DNA of 28,738 bases. It comes from a virus (lineage: Duplodnaviria > Caudoviricetes). Positions 10,901 to 17,725 of this stretch are shown one piece after another (positions within the stretch are counted from its first letter, which is position 1; each line of letters begins with the position of its first letter). The stretch covers positions 1-28,738 of the IMG/VR virus record IMGVR_UViG_3300032288_003239. One strand, 5' to 3'. Made by a program: the position numbers and the translations under genes. The notes under the pieces are model-generated. The model was not told the DNA's origin. It saw only the letters and a program-made list of their open reading frames with translations, and ran no database searches.

Positions 10901-11124
10901 GTCATACCATCAGCAATAAGCTCCCAACGAGGAACGGCTAACGGAGGAGTGTCGTTGTTGAAATAGAATAGATCTTCGTAGAAATCTGGTGCTGCATTAT
11001 GTGTTACTAAACAGGTGTATACTTTGCTACCGTAGGAAACTATGTCGTCTGGATTATATCGACCGGCTGGTGCCCAATCGCCTTGCCATGTATACTTAAA
11101 TCTAGCTAATTTAAACTCTGCCAT
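4942..11124 (-). CDS. Giant multidomain virion fibre/adhesin-like protein (2060 aa): 8 CBM5/12-like repeats, pectin-lyase-like beta-helix, beta-propeller-type repeats with an inserted LamG/ConA-like domain
   Basis: Eight N-terminal W-x5-Y-x2-(G/N/D)D-x-V-x2-G-x2-Y-x-C-x3-H repeats; YYVSLTGVD...PWRTLRYA and VVGDELRSTVI motifs; W-x2-V-x-YG-x-G-x-FVAV repeats; a LamG-like segment (DGTGDY...DFAIEGWVY...WTHVAM...GYIDEVRVSKG). Confidence 0.88.
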   Translation of the reverse strand: MAEFKLARFKYTWQGDWAPAGRYNPDDIVSYGSKVYTCLVTHNAAPDFYEDLFYFNNDTPPLAVPRWELIADGMTWTGDWQPDTYYKVGDIIKQYGTVYICVEGHTSNSIYVPDPFDPETLIVNPIDPTGVVGFFNTDLGINQYWTVHLTSKNWRVDWTPSTYYTVNDVVRAGGRTYRCNQSHKSSSSLDQGLEANISSWDIVNIADDWKGDWVKNTKYIVNDIVRDGGIVYRCVIAHKSALTDAAGLYADIEKWEVLHNSTQYRGTWISSTPVVINGLTTNVSTIYKVNDVVKYGSYVWICIEFHTAGLTFDGSKFEIFCPGEEFDADWSSTTTYQKGDIVFYGGDVFVSNAQHVNANPSTSTVIWTLLFQSSNIRGTWNSLRPYKIGDVVRKGGNVYLALLDSTSQDPDLPNDGSTTNSAYWDLMITSIAWKGIWTLGNAYSTGDVVSWGETSYRCIDAHEATALNRPDDDSNGFTWTPIVVGNSYARLKQLGDIKTFGSTSSSTLDTKRVTVGTSGQVLGIDEYGEVQWKNLWTTDKVYYVSLTGVDDPAYGITPQKPWRTLRYALDNVTGYATVFVRTGVFEEILPLRVPAFVAVVGDELRSTVIKPAGQIFSDAYINLLLGGFTYLKGLIKHIIREEPIGTTDPLNVAFGTTVYGEIAQDFSGTPGTTSEVVVVEGLFETFITRISTGGGSISIAGSNTITTSINMLNARQQIIDNKEFLKNEVTLYVENVFTDSTVTDLPANWSIDLDRGIDAIVYDIYRAGNWKTIGAADYFVYGNLPTVNKRSNMFLLRDGTGLRNMSLIGLSGTLGSVNSYGTRRPNAGAFASLDPGWGPSDTDAWVGTRSPYVQNVSTFGDGCIGMKVDGDLHGGGNQTIVANDFTQIISDGIGMWCNGTGRSELVSVFVYYCHIGYLCTNGGRIRGTNGNCSYGTFGAVSEGYNATENPITGSVNNRYYEADVSQLLCNVSGNILKVFFSNAGVNYSTGAFTVSGSGGNASLLMNEFRDGAVYEVRIVNKGDSSAEGGSSYLFNTNKSQASIDNYSVILAGSDENTPEQYRGMRILITEGTGVGQYGYIAEYITSTLTVIVGRESKQQYNVTQTFASGNLVTIGSTAHLTANDRIIFTGTKFGNIQDNTIYYVKTVVGPTTFTISTLPGGTVFGLINGLPSTAVGATPMIVHSVGWEHVNEGTAPVSLLDTTSVYTIEPRITFTSPGFTSTSGTLPSNVTWTSIASSGVRWVAVATGSNTVAYTVDGSSWNSSTLPSSTAWTKVEYVGNIFIALATSGAAAKSSDGISWSSMTMPTSAAWTDVAYDGTTYVITASGESYVATSTDATTWTTANIASGKTVTVAGDAKLSTAIAAKYGSASLVLDGTGDYVNIAANTDFTFGTGDFAIEGWVYRTTSGAFQILFDMRTAATDVAPVLGINSSNQLYAYLNGSVVITAVNPVPLTTWTHVAMTKSGTSLRLYQGGSQEGSTYVDSSTYASRPLRIGADYSAAFGFTGYIDEVRVSKGAARYTGASYTLPATAFGYDSTSVLILHFDGSNNSTTILNSADDWSGVAYGKGRFVAVSSNGSTSTSTNGTSWTGGTTTTGLTNIAYGENRFVGLQAGAGSTVSAITTDGSTWTYGAITSNNWQAVGYGQGIWIAVANGSSTAAVSNDGISWTAQTIGSAPWCAVSFANISKPGKFIAIGGRTQTSTSAAIISTGATAQARATVVAGRISEFKIWEPGSGYTSAPVMTITDPNNSAEVSTSIRIGNGVIANPTIVNAGTGYQTTTSSAIITGNGYKDQYQLGSFLVCDNITRLPGPGDNLSIAGINDYTYKVLNYVLLAGSIGNYTLQLNIAKDLQREETPEHGTTIEIRQAYSQVRLTGHDFLDIGLGGVVASNYPNTLFPNGTVLAPEDEIQEKGGGRVFYTSTDQDGNFRVGELFAVEQATGTVTLNAQFFELQGLEELRLGGVTVGGSGVVIREFSTDSTFTADSNNIVPTQRAIKAYIQRRVSGGGADAITSSVTAGLVQIGPTGLGTTDGSELKFPVRVNFKRGVDGTYLAQTYFLSMT

Positions 11125-11129
11125 TTACA

Positions 11130-11501
11130 TTATCCTTCTGAGTCACCGTTATCGTAGGTATGACCGTTATTAATTTTCACTACCAATTGTCCATCGTCGT
11201 CAACATAATAGAATAAGCTTCGGTCATCCCATCTATATTGAGGATATTTTAAATTTAAAAATACAGGATTATGTGTAACATCTACACCTTCGAAGAAATC
11301 CACTCCGACTTCAAAATCATTGTAATTGTCTTCATCTAATCCAGGATTATTTAATGTTACTGTATCTTTGTCGCGTATGTTATCAAGACGTTCAAAGAAC
11401 ATGCTGCCGTTTTCATTTTTTCTCAATCCGTAGAAAAATCTAGGTGTGTCGCCTAACGCAGTGTACGGATCAGTACCTAAATAATAATTGTTAGCTGCCA
11501 T
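11130..11501 (-). CDS. Hypothetical virion-associated protein (123 aa)
   Basis: AGGAG RBS; tightly packed in the structural operon; acidic and aromatic-rich. No family recognised. Confidence 0.75.
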   Translation of the reverse strand: MAANNYYLGTDPYTALGDTPRFFYGLRKNENGSMFFERLDNIRDKDTVTLNNPGLDEDNYNDFEVGVDFFEGVDVTHNPVFLNLKYPQYRWDDRSLFYYVDDDGQLVVKINNGHTYDNGDSEG

Positions 11502-11511
11502 ACATCACTCC

Positions 11512-11844
11512 TTATGATAATTCCACATAGCTGACCACAGCATCGATGCTGCCGTCAATATCGCTAGTTACTCGAATTCCTCCGCCCTGCGGAAGAATTA
11601 ATTTCTCACCATTTGTTACTAATTTTAAACTGGTATTCGGTGGTATCACTACGCCTTTTGCATAATATGCATATGAACTACCTTCTGTGGTAATCTGTAC
11701 ATCAACAATGGCGTTGTCGTATTCTGTGATATTAGTTAGGTTACATCCAATCACAGTGACCTTAAATCCTGTAGGAACCTCCAACAACGTTACAGGAGTT
11801 GTTCCTATTCCACTTTCAATTGCTTGATTAAATGAGGTTGGCAT
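11512..11844 (-). CDS. Small beta-sandwich-type structural/adaptor protein (110 aa); paralog of 15526..15876
   Basis: Shares a TVIGCN ... V(I/V)P ... EK(L/I)IL pattern with the 116-aa ORF and directly follows a fibre gene. Confidence 0.75.
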   Translation of the reverse strand: MPTSFNQAIESGIGTTPVTLLEVPTGFKVTVIGCNLTNITEYDNAIVDVQITTEGSSYAYYAKGVVIPPNTSLKLVTNGEKLILPQGGGIRVTSDIDGSIDAVVSYVELS

Positions 11845-11852
11845 GTTCTATG

Positions 11853-12920
11853 TTATCCAAATGTTAAAACTGTTCTGATTGCAATATCAGTTGCACCGAT
11901 TTCAGATACCGCACCCGATGCACCTGCTGGGCTTGCCCATGTTGTTCCGTCCCAAATTTCCAACGCTCTTGATTCTGTATTGTATCTAGTCATGCCCACA
12001 GTTGATGCATTCATGTATGCTGTTGGACGTTGTCCTACAGTACCAACTGGTGGACGGAATCCGTTTGTTCCGTCAATTTTAAAATATCCAGAGGGTCCGC
12101 TCTGTACTAGTAGCGTAATGGCATTTACAGATATATTGGTAATTGTATTATCTAGTATGGTAAAATTGCCCAATCTTACCTTACCTGTACCTGCTGGATC
12201 AATTACTAGATCAGTTCCTGTAGTAGTAGAAATAACATTATTAGAAAATTTGATGTTTCCAACGTCAAGTGTATCAGAGTTTAGATTGTCTGCATTGATA
12301 TTTCTAGCATAAACGGTTCTCCATTGAAATGCTAGAGAACCTAAATCATAGGTATTATCACTTTCTGGAATTAGACTGCTTTTGATACTAGCGTTAATAA
12401 CAATATTATCAGTTAATGCATCACCGATGGTAAGATTGCCGCCAATTGTGATATTGCCAGTTACATCGATATTACCAGTAACTGTTAAGTCTCCATAGAC
12501 GTTTGCGTCCGAAAACATTTTAACAGAACCAGTGCCGCTTGGGCTGATTTCTAAGTCTGCATTGGAACTAAGTGTTGAAATTACATTGTCAGTGATATCA
12601 ATGTCATTGACCTGCAATCTTGAATGATAAATTGTTGGTTCACCGCCGCTGGGTGCAAATGATATTGTTGATAAATCGCTAGCGATAGTATTACCGCTGA
12701 TGGTAAAATTGCCAACAGTTAATGTATCATCAACAATTAAATCTGTTGTTCTTGTGGTGCCGGAAATGTCTAGTTGGTACGTAGGGGCGCTGCTGTTTAT
12801 GCCAATTTTGGAGTTATTGACATCCAGATATAGTAGGTCGGTCTCAAAGGCTAAATCAATTCCGCCGCGAAGCAGGTTTGCCTTTAAGAGCGGCCCAGAA
12901 ATTCGACCGATTTGGCTCAT
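11853..12920 (-). CDS. Fibre-like structural protein (355 aa); paralog of 13056..14189
   Basis: GRISGPLLKANL...LAFETDLLYLDVNN N-terminus; G(D/N)LTVTG beta repeats; C-terminal PVGTVGQRP...GMTRYNT...LEIWDGTTW module; AGGAG RBS. Confidence 0.82.
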   Translation of the reverse strand: MSQIGRISGPLLKANLLRGGIDLAFETDLLYLDVNNSKIGINSSAPTYQLDISGTTRTTDLIVDDTLTVGNFTISGNTIASDLSTISFAPSGGEPTIYHSRLQVNDIDITDNVISTLSSNADLEISPSGTGSVKMFSDANVYGDLTVTGNIDVTGNITIGGNLTIGDALTDNIVINASIKSSLIPESDNTYDLGSLAFQWRTVYARNINADNLNSDTLDVGNIKFSNNVISTTTGTDLVIDPAGTGKVRLGNFTILDNTITNISVNAITLLVQSGPSGYFKIDGTNGFRPPVGTVGQRPTAYMNASTVGMTRYNTESRALEIWDGTTWASPAGASGAVSEIGATDIAIRTVLTFG

Positions 12921-13031
12921 GCGCTCTCCTAAATACCCCGTGTTTCACGGTTAACCAAATTTACATCCCTTGCGGGCTCTTTGCTGGTTTACCACAGTTT
13001 AATATCGTAACACTTGGTCGAGCGTTACAGT
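12921..13031 (-). ncRNA. Candidate structured cis-regulatory 5' leader RNA (family not identified)
   Basis: Lies between a late promoter and the RBS. Hairpin GUAACGCU/AGUGUUAC (13007-13028); stem AACCAG/UUGGUU enclosing CCC-GCAA-GGG (12967-12976); hairpin CCGUG-AAA-CACGG (12938-12950) just before AGGAG. Confidence 0.45.
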
Positions 13032-13036
13032 AATAG

Positions 13037-13044
13037 TATTTATG
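13037..13044 (-). promoter_or_regulatory. Putative late promoter (CATAAATA)
   Basis: 7/8 match to the T4 late consensus TATAAATA; intergenic and correctly oriented. Confidence 0.65.
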
Positions 13045-13055
13045 CGGATTGGAAA

Positions 13056-14189
13056 TTAACCGAAGATGAGGGTGTATCGATGGCCTAGGTCTTGCATGAT
13101 TTCAGTAGTTATTTCTGCACCACCGCCCGTAGCAATTTCCCAAAGGGTGCCATCAAAACATTCTAGATAGTTGAGTTCTGTGTTCCAGCGTGTGTCTCCT
13201 ACTTCGTAGCCTACACGCTCTGCTGTTGTGCCTGCAGGAATTTGAACACCAAAAGTACCTGCAAATCTTAAATAACCATTACCTGTGTGAACTATGCTTA
13301 TTGCAGAATCTAATAAGTTTGTGATAGTATTGTCTTTAATACTAATACTTTCTAGGGTAACTGTTCCTTCGTCAGATGATACAAATAAGTCATCATTTGA
13401 CTGCAACGTGCTAATAGTATTTCCAGCCATGTAAATTTGTTCACTGACTGTAGCTGTTGTTGATATAAAACCGTCTATGTGATTATTGTTGTTAACGTAT
13501 AGACGTCTCCATTTTTTAGCAAGTGTTCCTAGATCGTAAGAATCGTGATCTCCTGGAATTATACTTTGTGTAAAATCTGGAACCACAGTTAACGTATCAT
13601 ACGAAGTATCACCTATGGTGAAAATACCTTTGATGTTGACATTTTGTTGGGCAAATATTGATCCAGAAACTCCTAGATTTTCATCAATATAAGTATTGGC
13701 GTTTAAATTTGTTTCGCCCGTACCGTCTGGGCGTAGCTCAAAATTTCTATCAAGAATTCTTCCTCTGATGTAGTTGTCATTGATATCTAAACTGTTAGTA
13801 ATAACATGTTCGTGTTCTATAATAGTTGTCGGTCCACCTGTAGGAACAATGTTCAATGCTCCAACCAATGTACTAAAAGAACTGTTGGTGTTTATTATGA
13901 CATTGCCAATTTTTGCTGAAGTCCCGTCAACGATTAGGTCAGTGGTATTTGTAGTTCCAGAAACTTGTAGGTCGTGTGTAGGACTAGAAGTTTTAACTCC
14001 TACCCGCATATTATTAACGTCTAGATATAATAAACTGGTTTCAAAAGCTAACGGTATGCCGTTGCGAGTTAAATTGTTTTTTAGAAGTTTACCGCTGATA
14101 CGTCCAAGAGCTGCTACACCAGATAACGGTTCACTATCTGGTCCTAACGAATCGCTGCTAAATCCATCTTCTGTTATAGAATTTGACAT
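13056..14189 (-). CDS. Fibre-like structural protein (377 aa)
   Basis: Collinear with the 355-aa ORF (GRISGKLLKNNL...LAFETSLLYLDVNN; PAGTTAER...GDTRWNTELNYLECFDGTLW; ends TLIFG), with an extra acidic N-terminal segment. Confidence 0.82.
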   Translation of the reverse strand: MSNSITEDGFSSDSLGPDSEPLSGVAALGRISGKLLKNNLTRNGIPLAFETSLLYLDVNNMRVGVKTSSPTHDLQVSGTTNTTDLIVDGTSAKIGNVIINTNSSFSTLVGALNIVPTGGPTTIIEHEHVITNSLDINDNYIRGRILDRNFELRPDGTGETNLNANTYIDENLGVSGSIFAQQNVNIKGIFTIGDTSYDTLTVVPDFTQSIIPGDHDSYDLGTLAKKWRRLYVNNNNHIDGFISTTATVSEQIYMAGNTISTLQSNDDLFVSSDEGTVTLESISIKDNTITNLLDSAISIVHTGNGYLRFAGTFGVQIPAGTTAERVGYEVGDTRWNTELNYLECFDGTLWEIATGGGAEITTEIMQDLGHRYTLIFG

Positions 14190-14201
14190 TTATAGGATTC
14201 C

Positions 14202-14960
14202 TTAGTCGTTACTAGTCATTTCAATAGCATGTACTTTTACTTCTACACCGTATGTTGCACTTGCTGATGTACAGGTAATTTCAATTCGATTTGATAAAAC
14301 ATTCCATTGTCCGTCGAACGTTGCCAATGGATTTGATCCGCTGTGTGTTACACCGTAAACGCTGACGTTTACAATATTATTATTATATCCTTTAACAGCG
14401 ATAATATCACAGGCTTGCGTTTCCCAGCTTGGTCCGCCACCGTCTTCAATGCCTTCAACCATTACAAACAATTTGATTGCATGTTGATATTGTGCGGTTG
14501 CTGTGTAAATTACTGTTTCAACTCCTGCATTACACATTATGTCATTGGTAGAATTTTGTGTAATATTATTAGGATATGAAATTTTTCCGGACGATCCTAA
14601 TATTACTTCATACAATCCGTTGAGTATTCGATCGGGTATTCCGCCTACAATAGCCGCTGTAGCGATGCTTGCTGGATATGTGCAGAATACATTTTTAGAA
14701 CCCTGCCCAAAATTTATTTTTGCGTTTGAATTTGAAGATTCTAATATCGTATCTCGAGACAGTGTATTAGTTGACAGCGTATAAGTGCCTAGCCCAACTT
14801 CCCAATTACCTAGATTATCAACAATGCCATAATAGGTTTCATTGCCATCACCTATGACGGCAAAATCTTGGAATCCGTAAACTGTATTTTCTAAGAGGAA
14901 ATCGCCTGTGCCTTCTGTACGGCTTCTAACTTTAACCCTGTCGGCTAATACTAAAGACAT
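14202..14960 (-). CDS. Two-domain fibre-associated structural protein (252 aa)
   Basis: N-terminal LVLADRVK...NWEVGLGTY...LSRDTILESSN...KNVFCTYPA domain, which I recall from tail-fibre N-termini of aquatic phages; beta-rich C-terminal domain; GGAG RBS. Confidence 0.75.
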   Translation of the reverse strand: MSLVLADRVKVRSRTEGTGDFLLENTVYGFQDFAVIGDGNETYYGIVDNLGNWEVGLGTYTLSTNTLSRDTILESSNSNAKINFGQGSKNVFCTYPASIATAAIVGGIPDRILNGLYEVILGSSGKISYPNNITQNSTNDIMCNAGVETVIYTATAQYQHAIKLFVMVEGIEDGGGPSWETQACDIIAVKGYNNNIVNVSVYGVTHSGSNPLATFDGQWNVLSNRIEITCTSASATYGVEVKVHAIEMTSND

Positions 14961-14974
14961 TGAACATCTCCGTG

Positions 14975-15529
14975 TTAGTTGCCAAGTCCATAATAGACTG
15001 TGATATTTTTACCTGCGTCAACGAAAGAGTTAAAAATAATCCAAGTTTCGCCTGTTCCGCTGTAATCAAAATCAAGCAGATAGTTATCACCAGAGATTTG
15101 AGGCACGTTTTCAACTAGAACTAAAATTGGATAATCATATACTGAACCTAATTCGCCTGTTGATGTAAGTCCGCTGTCTGTTACAGGAACAGTTAGTGGT
15201 CCAAAGTCTGTTTCAGCGCCGTCGCCGGGTCCTAGTGTTTGTTTAACTATTGATCGTGAGCTTGATGATTTAATAGTTTCCCATTCGCCTTGGAGATTTT
15301 CTTCGTTGTAGATAAATGCTTCAATGGCATTTGTTGTTTTGTTATATCTTAAATATCCGTATGGATCATTGTGTACGCCCGCAACCACATCCGGACGCTG
15401 TCCTGTAGTTCCTGCTGGAATACGCAACGCACCGATACCATCCATGACATAACGTCCAGATGGTTTGTATAATAACGCATCATCGCTGATACTAAATTTA
15501 GAAATATTTTTAGTTTTTAAGTACTTCAT
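14975..15529 (-). CDS. Virion structural protein (184 aa)
   Basis: Carries the IPAGTTGQRP...GYLRYNKTTNAIE module shared with the 355- and 377-aa fibres; ATGA overlap with the upstream gene. Confidence 0.75.
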   Translation of the reverse strand: MKYLKTKNISKFSISDDALLYKPSGRYVMDGIGALRIPAGTTGQRPDVVAGVHNDPYGYLRYNKTTNAIEAFIYNEENLQGEWETIKSSSSRSIVKQTLGPGDGAETDFGPLTVPVTDSGLTSTGELGSVYDYPILVLVENVPQISGDNYLLDFDYSGTGETWIIFNSFVDAGKNITVYYGLGN

Positions 15530-15876
15530 ACTGCTAATGTGCTCACGGTTATGCTTAATAAATTTGCCGCACTAGCTACTCCGATGATGAAATCACCATC
15601 TTCTAAAATAATCTTTTCATCGCTAAAAAATATGGTTTCTCCAGCAGGAACGATTAATTTTGACACAATTTGATTACCAAACGTCTGTGACCCAGTGTCT
15701 TCTGATTCTCCATCTTTAACGGCATATAAGTCAAGGTTACAAGCATCTACTGATTCATCAGCTGGATCTGGTGTACCTATATTACAAATAATAATTGTCA
15801 CAATCGCATTAGTTCCGCTACTGGTGTATAATGGAGTTGATCCTGTGGTTGTGAGTGCTGTGTTTTTAATCGCCAT
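15526..15876 (-). CDS. Small beta-sandwich-type structural/adaptor protein (116 aa)
   Basis: Paralog of 11512..11844; follows the 327-aa fibre; AGGA RBS. Confidence 0.75.
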   Translation of the reverse strand: MAIKNTALTTTGSTPLYTSSGTNAIVTIIICNIGTPDPADESVDACNLDLYAVKDGESEDTGSQTFGNQIVSKLIVPAGETIFFSDEKIILEDGDFIIGVASAANLLSITVSTLAV

Positions 15877-15885
15877 ATCCTATCC

Positions 15886-16869
15886 TTAAAATAACATACT
15901 GTATAATAATGCTCTATTGGTACTTATAAGTTCTCTATTTCCGTTCGGTGCTGCTGTGGTATTGGTTGTTGAAAAATACAAACCTGTGTTACCTGTGCTT
16001 GGAGTTTTAGCATATAACTGAGAGAACCCAGAAACTGTAGCAACCGGAGATCCTTGTTGGTCTAATTTTAGTGCATAATTGGTTCTAAGTTTACCTGTAC
16101 CAGTGGTTCTTAGATAGATATCAGTGTTGGTATCATTGTTAACAATTTCCGAATCAGAAAACTCTAATCCCTGTATCACCACTCTGTTAACAAAGAATGT
16201 TGAATTAGGTATACCGTCTACTACTACTTGTATTTGAGTTTCTGCTACAGGTGCTCCTAGATAATCTAGGCCTCCACCCGACGGTAACGCTTCTAGATCG
16301 GCAATGATTACACGAGTGTTGTCATCTCTAATCTGTCTAGCAGGTGATCCTTGAATCGCATCATCTACATATTTTTTATTTGGTATTGCATCATCGCCAA
16401 ATGCGATGACTTGTAATTCGTAAGCAGTTGTTCCGGCAACATTAACAACTCCTGTGCCAGTGCCGATGAGTGTTAGATTTCCGCCATCGGTATCGGAATC
16501 TGTTAATATATTTCTTAATCTTAACGAGGTATCAGTAAAAGTGTAAGGATCGTTGTCGTGCTTGAATACAAAATTCCAAGAATTATCAGCATCGTCAAAC
16601 ACAAGGAATGCATCATCCTCTGTACCTCTGTCTATTTGAATACCGGAGTAGCGCAGTGTTACTCCGGGACCCGTTTCACCGTAATTTAAAACTATGATGT
16701 TGTCATTAATTTGTAGACTTTCAGTAGAGACAGTTAATGTGTCACCTTGAACCACAAGGTTTCCAGTAACCACAGTTTGACCTACGCCAGCTCCGGTATC
16801 GAGCTTGATAGTAGAACCAATCTTGGCTTTGATGTTATAGTCGCCGTTGACCTGTATTACCTGTCCCAT
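15886..16869 (-). CDS. Fibre-like structural protein (327 aa)
   Basis: GNLVVQGDT...INDNIIVLN...SGIQIDRG and PNKKYVDDAI motifs typical of trimeric phage fibres; hydrophobic C-terminus RALLYSMLF. Confidence 0.78.
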   Translation of the reverse strand: MGQVIQVNGDYNIKAKIGSTIKLDTGAGVGQTVVTGNLVVQGDTLTVSTESLQINDNIIVLNYGETGPGVTLRYSGIQIDRGTEDDAFLVFDDADNSWNFVFKHDNDPYTFTDTSLRLRNILTDSDTDGGNLTLIGTGTGVVNVAGTTAYELQVIAFGDDAIPNKKYVDDAIQGSPARQIRDDNTRVIIADLEALPSGGGLDYLGAPVAETQIQVVVDGIPNSTFFVNRVVIQGLEFSDSEIVNNDTNTDIYLRTTGTGKLRTNYALKLDQQGSPVATVSGFSQLYAKTPSTGNTGLYFSTTNTTAAPNGNRELISTNRALLYSMLF

Positions 16870-16883
16870 TTCTAGTTCCTAAA

Positions 16884-17297
16884 TTAAGATACTGAAGTAA
16901 TTGCTGTTAGTTGGATATAGTCGCTAGTTGAATCATTAACTAAGAACCAAGTGTAACGATTGCCGCTGAAATCTGTAGCAACACGTTTAGTTAACTTAGC
17001 AATTGGTGTTGGTGCTGCTGCGTTACCACCAATATAGCCGTTAATTCTCATTTGACCGTTTGCGCTAGGGATAGCAGACTGAAGTACACAAATTGCTAGC
17101 GTACCTGCTTGATCTGCCACAACATAGGTTTTTGCTCCTCTTTGCTTGTAGATGTAAGCATAGTTTGTTGAGCTGTTATAGGTTGCATCGGTATATGCTG
17201 TGCTGCTGAAATACGCTTCTACACGAACACCTGTATTGCTAGATGGTGTACCAATAACATCAGTACCTAGCACATCTTTCTTTAATGGACGTCCCAT
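16884..17297 (-). CDS. Hypothetical virion protein (137 aa), first gene of the fibre operon
   Basis: Strong AAGGAG RBS, late promoter upstream, beta-rich sequence. Head decoration is a possibility from position only. Confidence 0.75.
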   Translation of the reverse strand: MGRPLKKDVLGTDVIGTPSSNTGVRVEAYFSSTAYTDATYNSSTNYAYIYKQRGAKTYVVADQAGTLAICVLQSAIPSANGQMRINGYIGGNAAAPTPIAKLTKRVATDFSGNRYTWFLVNDSTSDYIQLTAITSVS

Positions 17298-17380
17298 TTG
17301 ATTTCTCCTTAAATTGACGTTTTAGGTCTACGCAGAGGGATTCTGCATAAGTCTTGTTTTCACAAGTTCTCATTTAGACA
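17298..17380 (-). ncRNA. Candidate structured 5' leader RNA, three-way junction (family not identified)
   Basis: GUCUA/UAGAC stem (17375-17379 with 17326-17330) enclosing CUUGU-GAAA-ACAAG (17353-17366) and UGCAGA-AUCCC-UCUGCG (17331-17347). Confidence 0.45.
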
Positions 17381-17383
17381 ATG

Positions 17384-17391
17384 TATTTATC
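17384..17391 (-). promoter_or_regulatory. Putative late promoter (GATAAATA) overlapping the upstream stop codon
   Basis: 7/8 match to TATAAATA; includes the TAA at 17387-17389. Confidence 0.6.
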
Positions 17392-17656
17392 TTTGGCTCA
17401 GCAATGCCATGAGCTCAATTTTTTCTACTGTTAAGATAAGATTATTGATATCAGCTAGTTCCTGTTGGGCACGTTCTAGATACTTTCGTTGCTTGGTTTG
17501 TCTATAGTGTACACCAGCTATGCTGTAATTTTGAATGTGGTTTTCACATATATGTTCTATTCGATTTACATCATGTTTGAACATAGGAAATCGCTTACGC
17601 CAAACATTAAACTGTTTTCGTAACTCGGGGAAATCTTTTTCACTTTGCACTTCCAT
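17387..17656 (-). CDS. Hypothetical helical protein (89 aa; start revised to ATG 17656)
   Basis: The track start (TTG 17677) lies inside the terminator. ATG 17656 lies 5 nt after a TAAATA core. Confidence 0.65.
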   Translation of the reverse strand: MEVQSEKDFPELRKQFNVWRKRFPMFKHDVNRIEHICENHIQNYSIAGVHYRQTKQRKYLERAQQELADINNLILTVEKIELMALLSQR

Positions 17657-17661
17657 ACCGA

Positions 17662-17667
17662 TATTTA
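17662..17667 (-). promoter_or_regulatory. Putative late promoter core (CTTAAATA), leaderless arrangement
   Basis: TAAATA-TCGGT-ATG immediately after the capsid terminator. Confidence 0.5.
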
Positions 17668-17674
17668 AGTCAAA

Positions 17675-17700
17675 CAAAAAGGCTCCGAAGAGCCTTTTTG
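17675..17700 (-). terminator. Rho-independent terminator after the major capsid gene, C(UUCG)G loop, potentially bidirectional
   Basis: Perfect 11-bp inverted repeat CAAAAAGGCTC-TTCG-GAGCCTTTTTG followed by TTT, about 25 nt after the gp23 stop. Confidence 0.9.
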
Positions 17701-17725
17701 ATTTTACGATTAGTATTACTACTAA

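Noticed and set aside
12921-13031. c-di-GMP-I or ZTP riboswitch, or a terminator
   Set aside because: Only short fragments resemble those consensus sequences and their order does not fit. No hairpin is followed by a long U-tract.
14187-14194. TATAAAT match upstream of the 377-aa gene
   Set aside because: It overlaps the start codon and lies downstream of the RBS, so it could not drive this gene.
17298-17380. Hammerhead ribozyme
   Set aside because: It is a three-way junction, but the core reads CUAAAUGA rather than CUGANGA and there is no GAAA after stem II.
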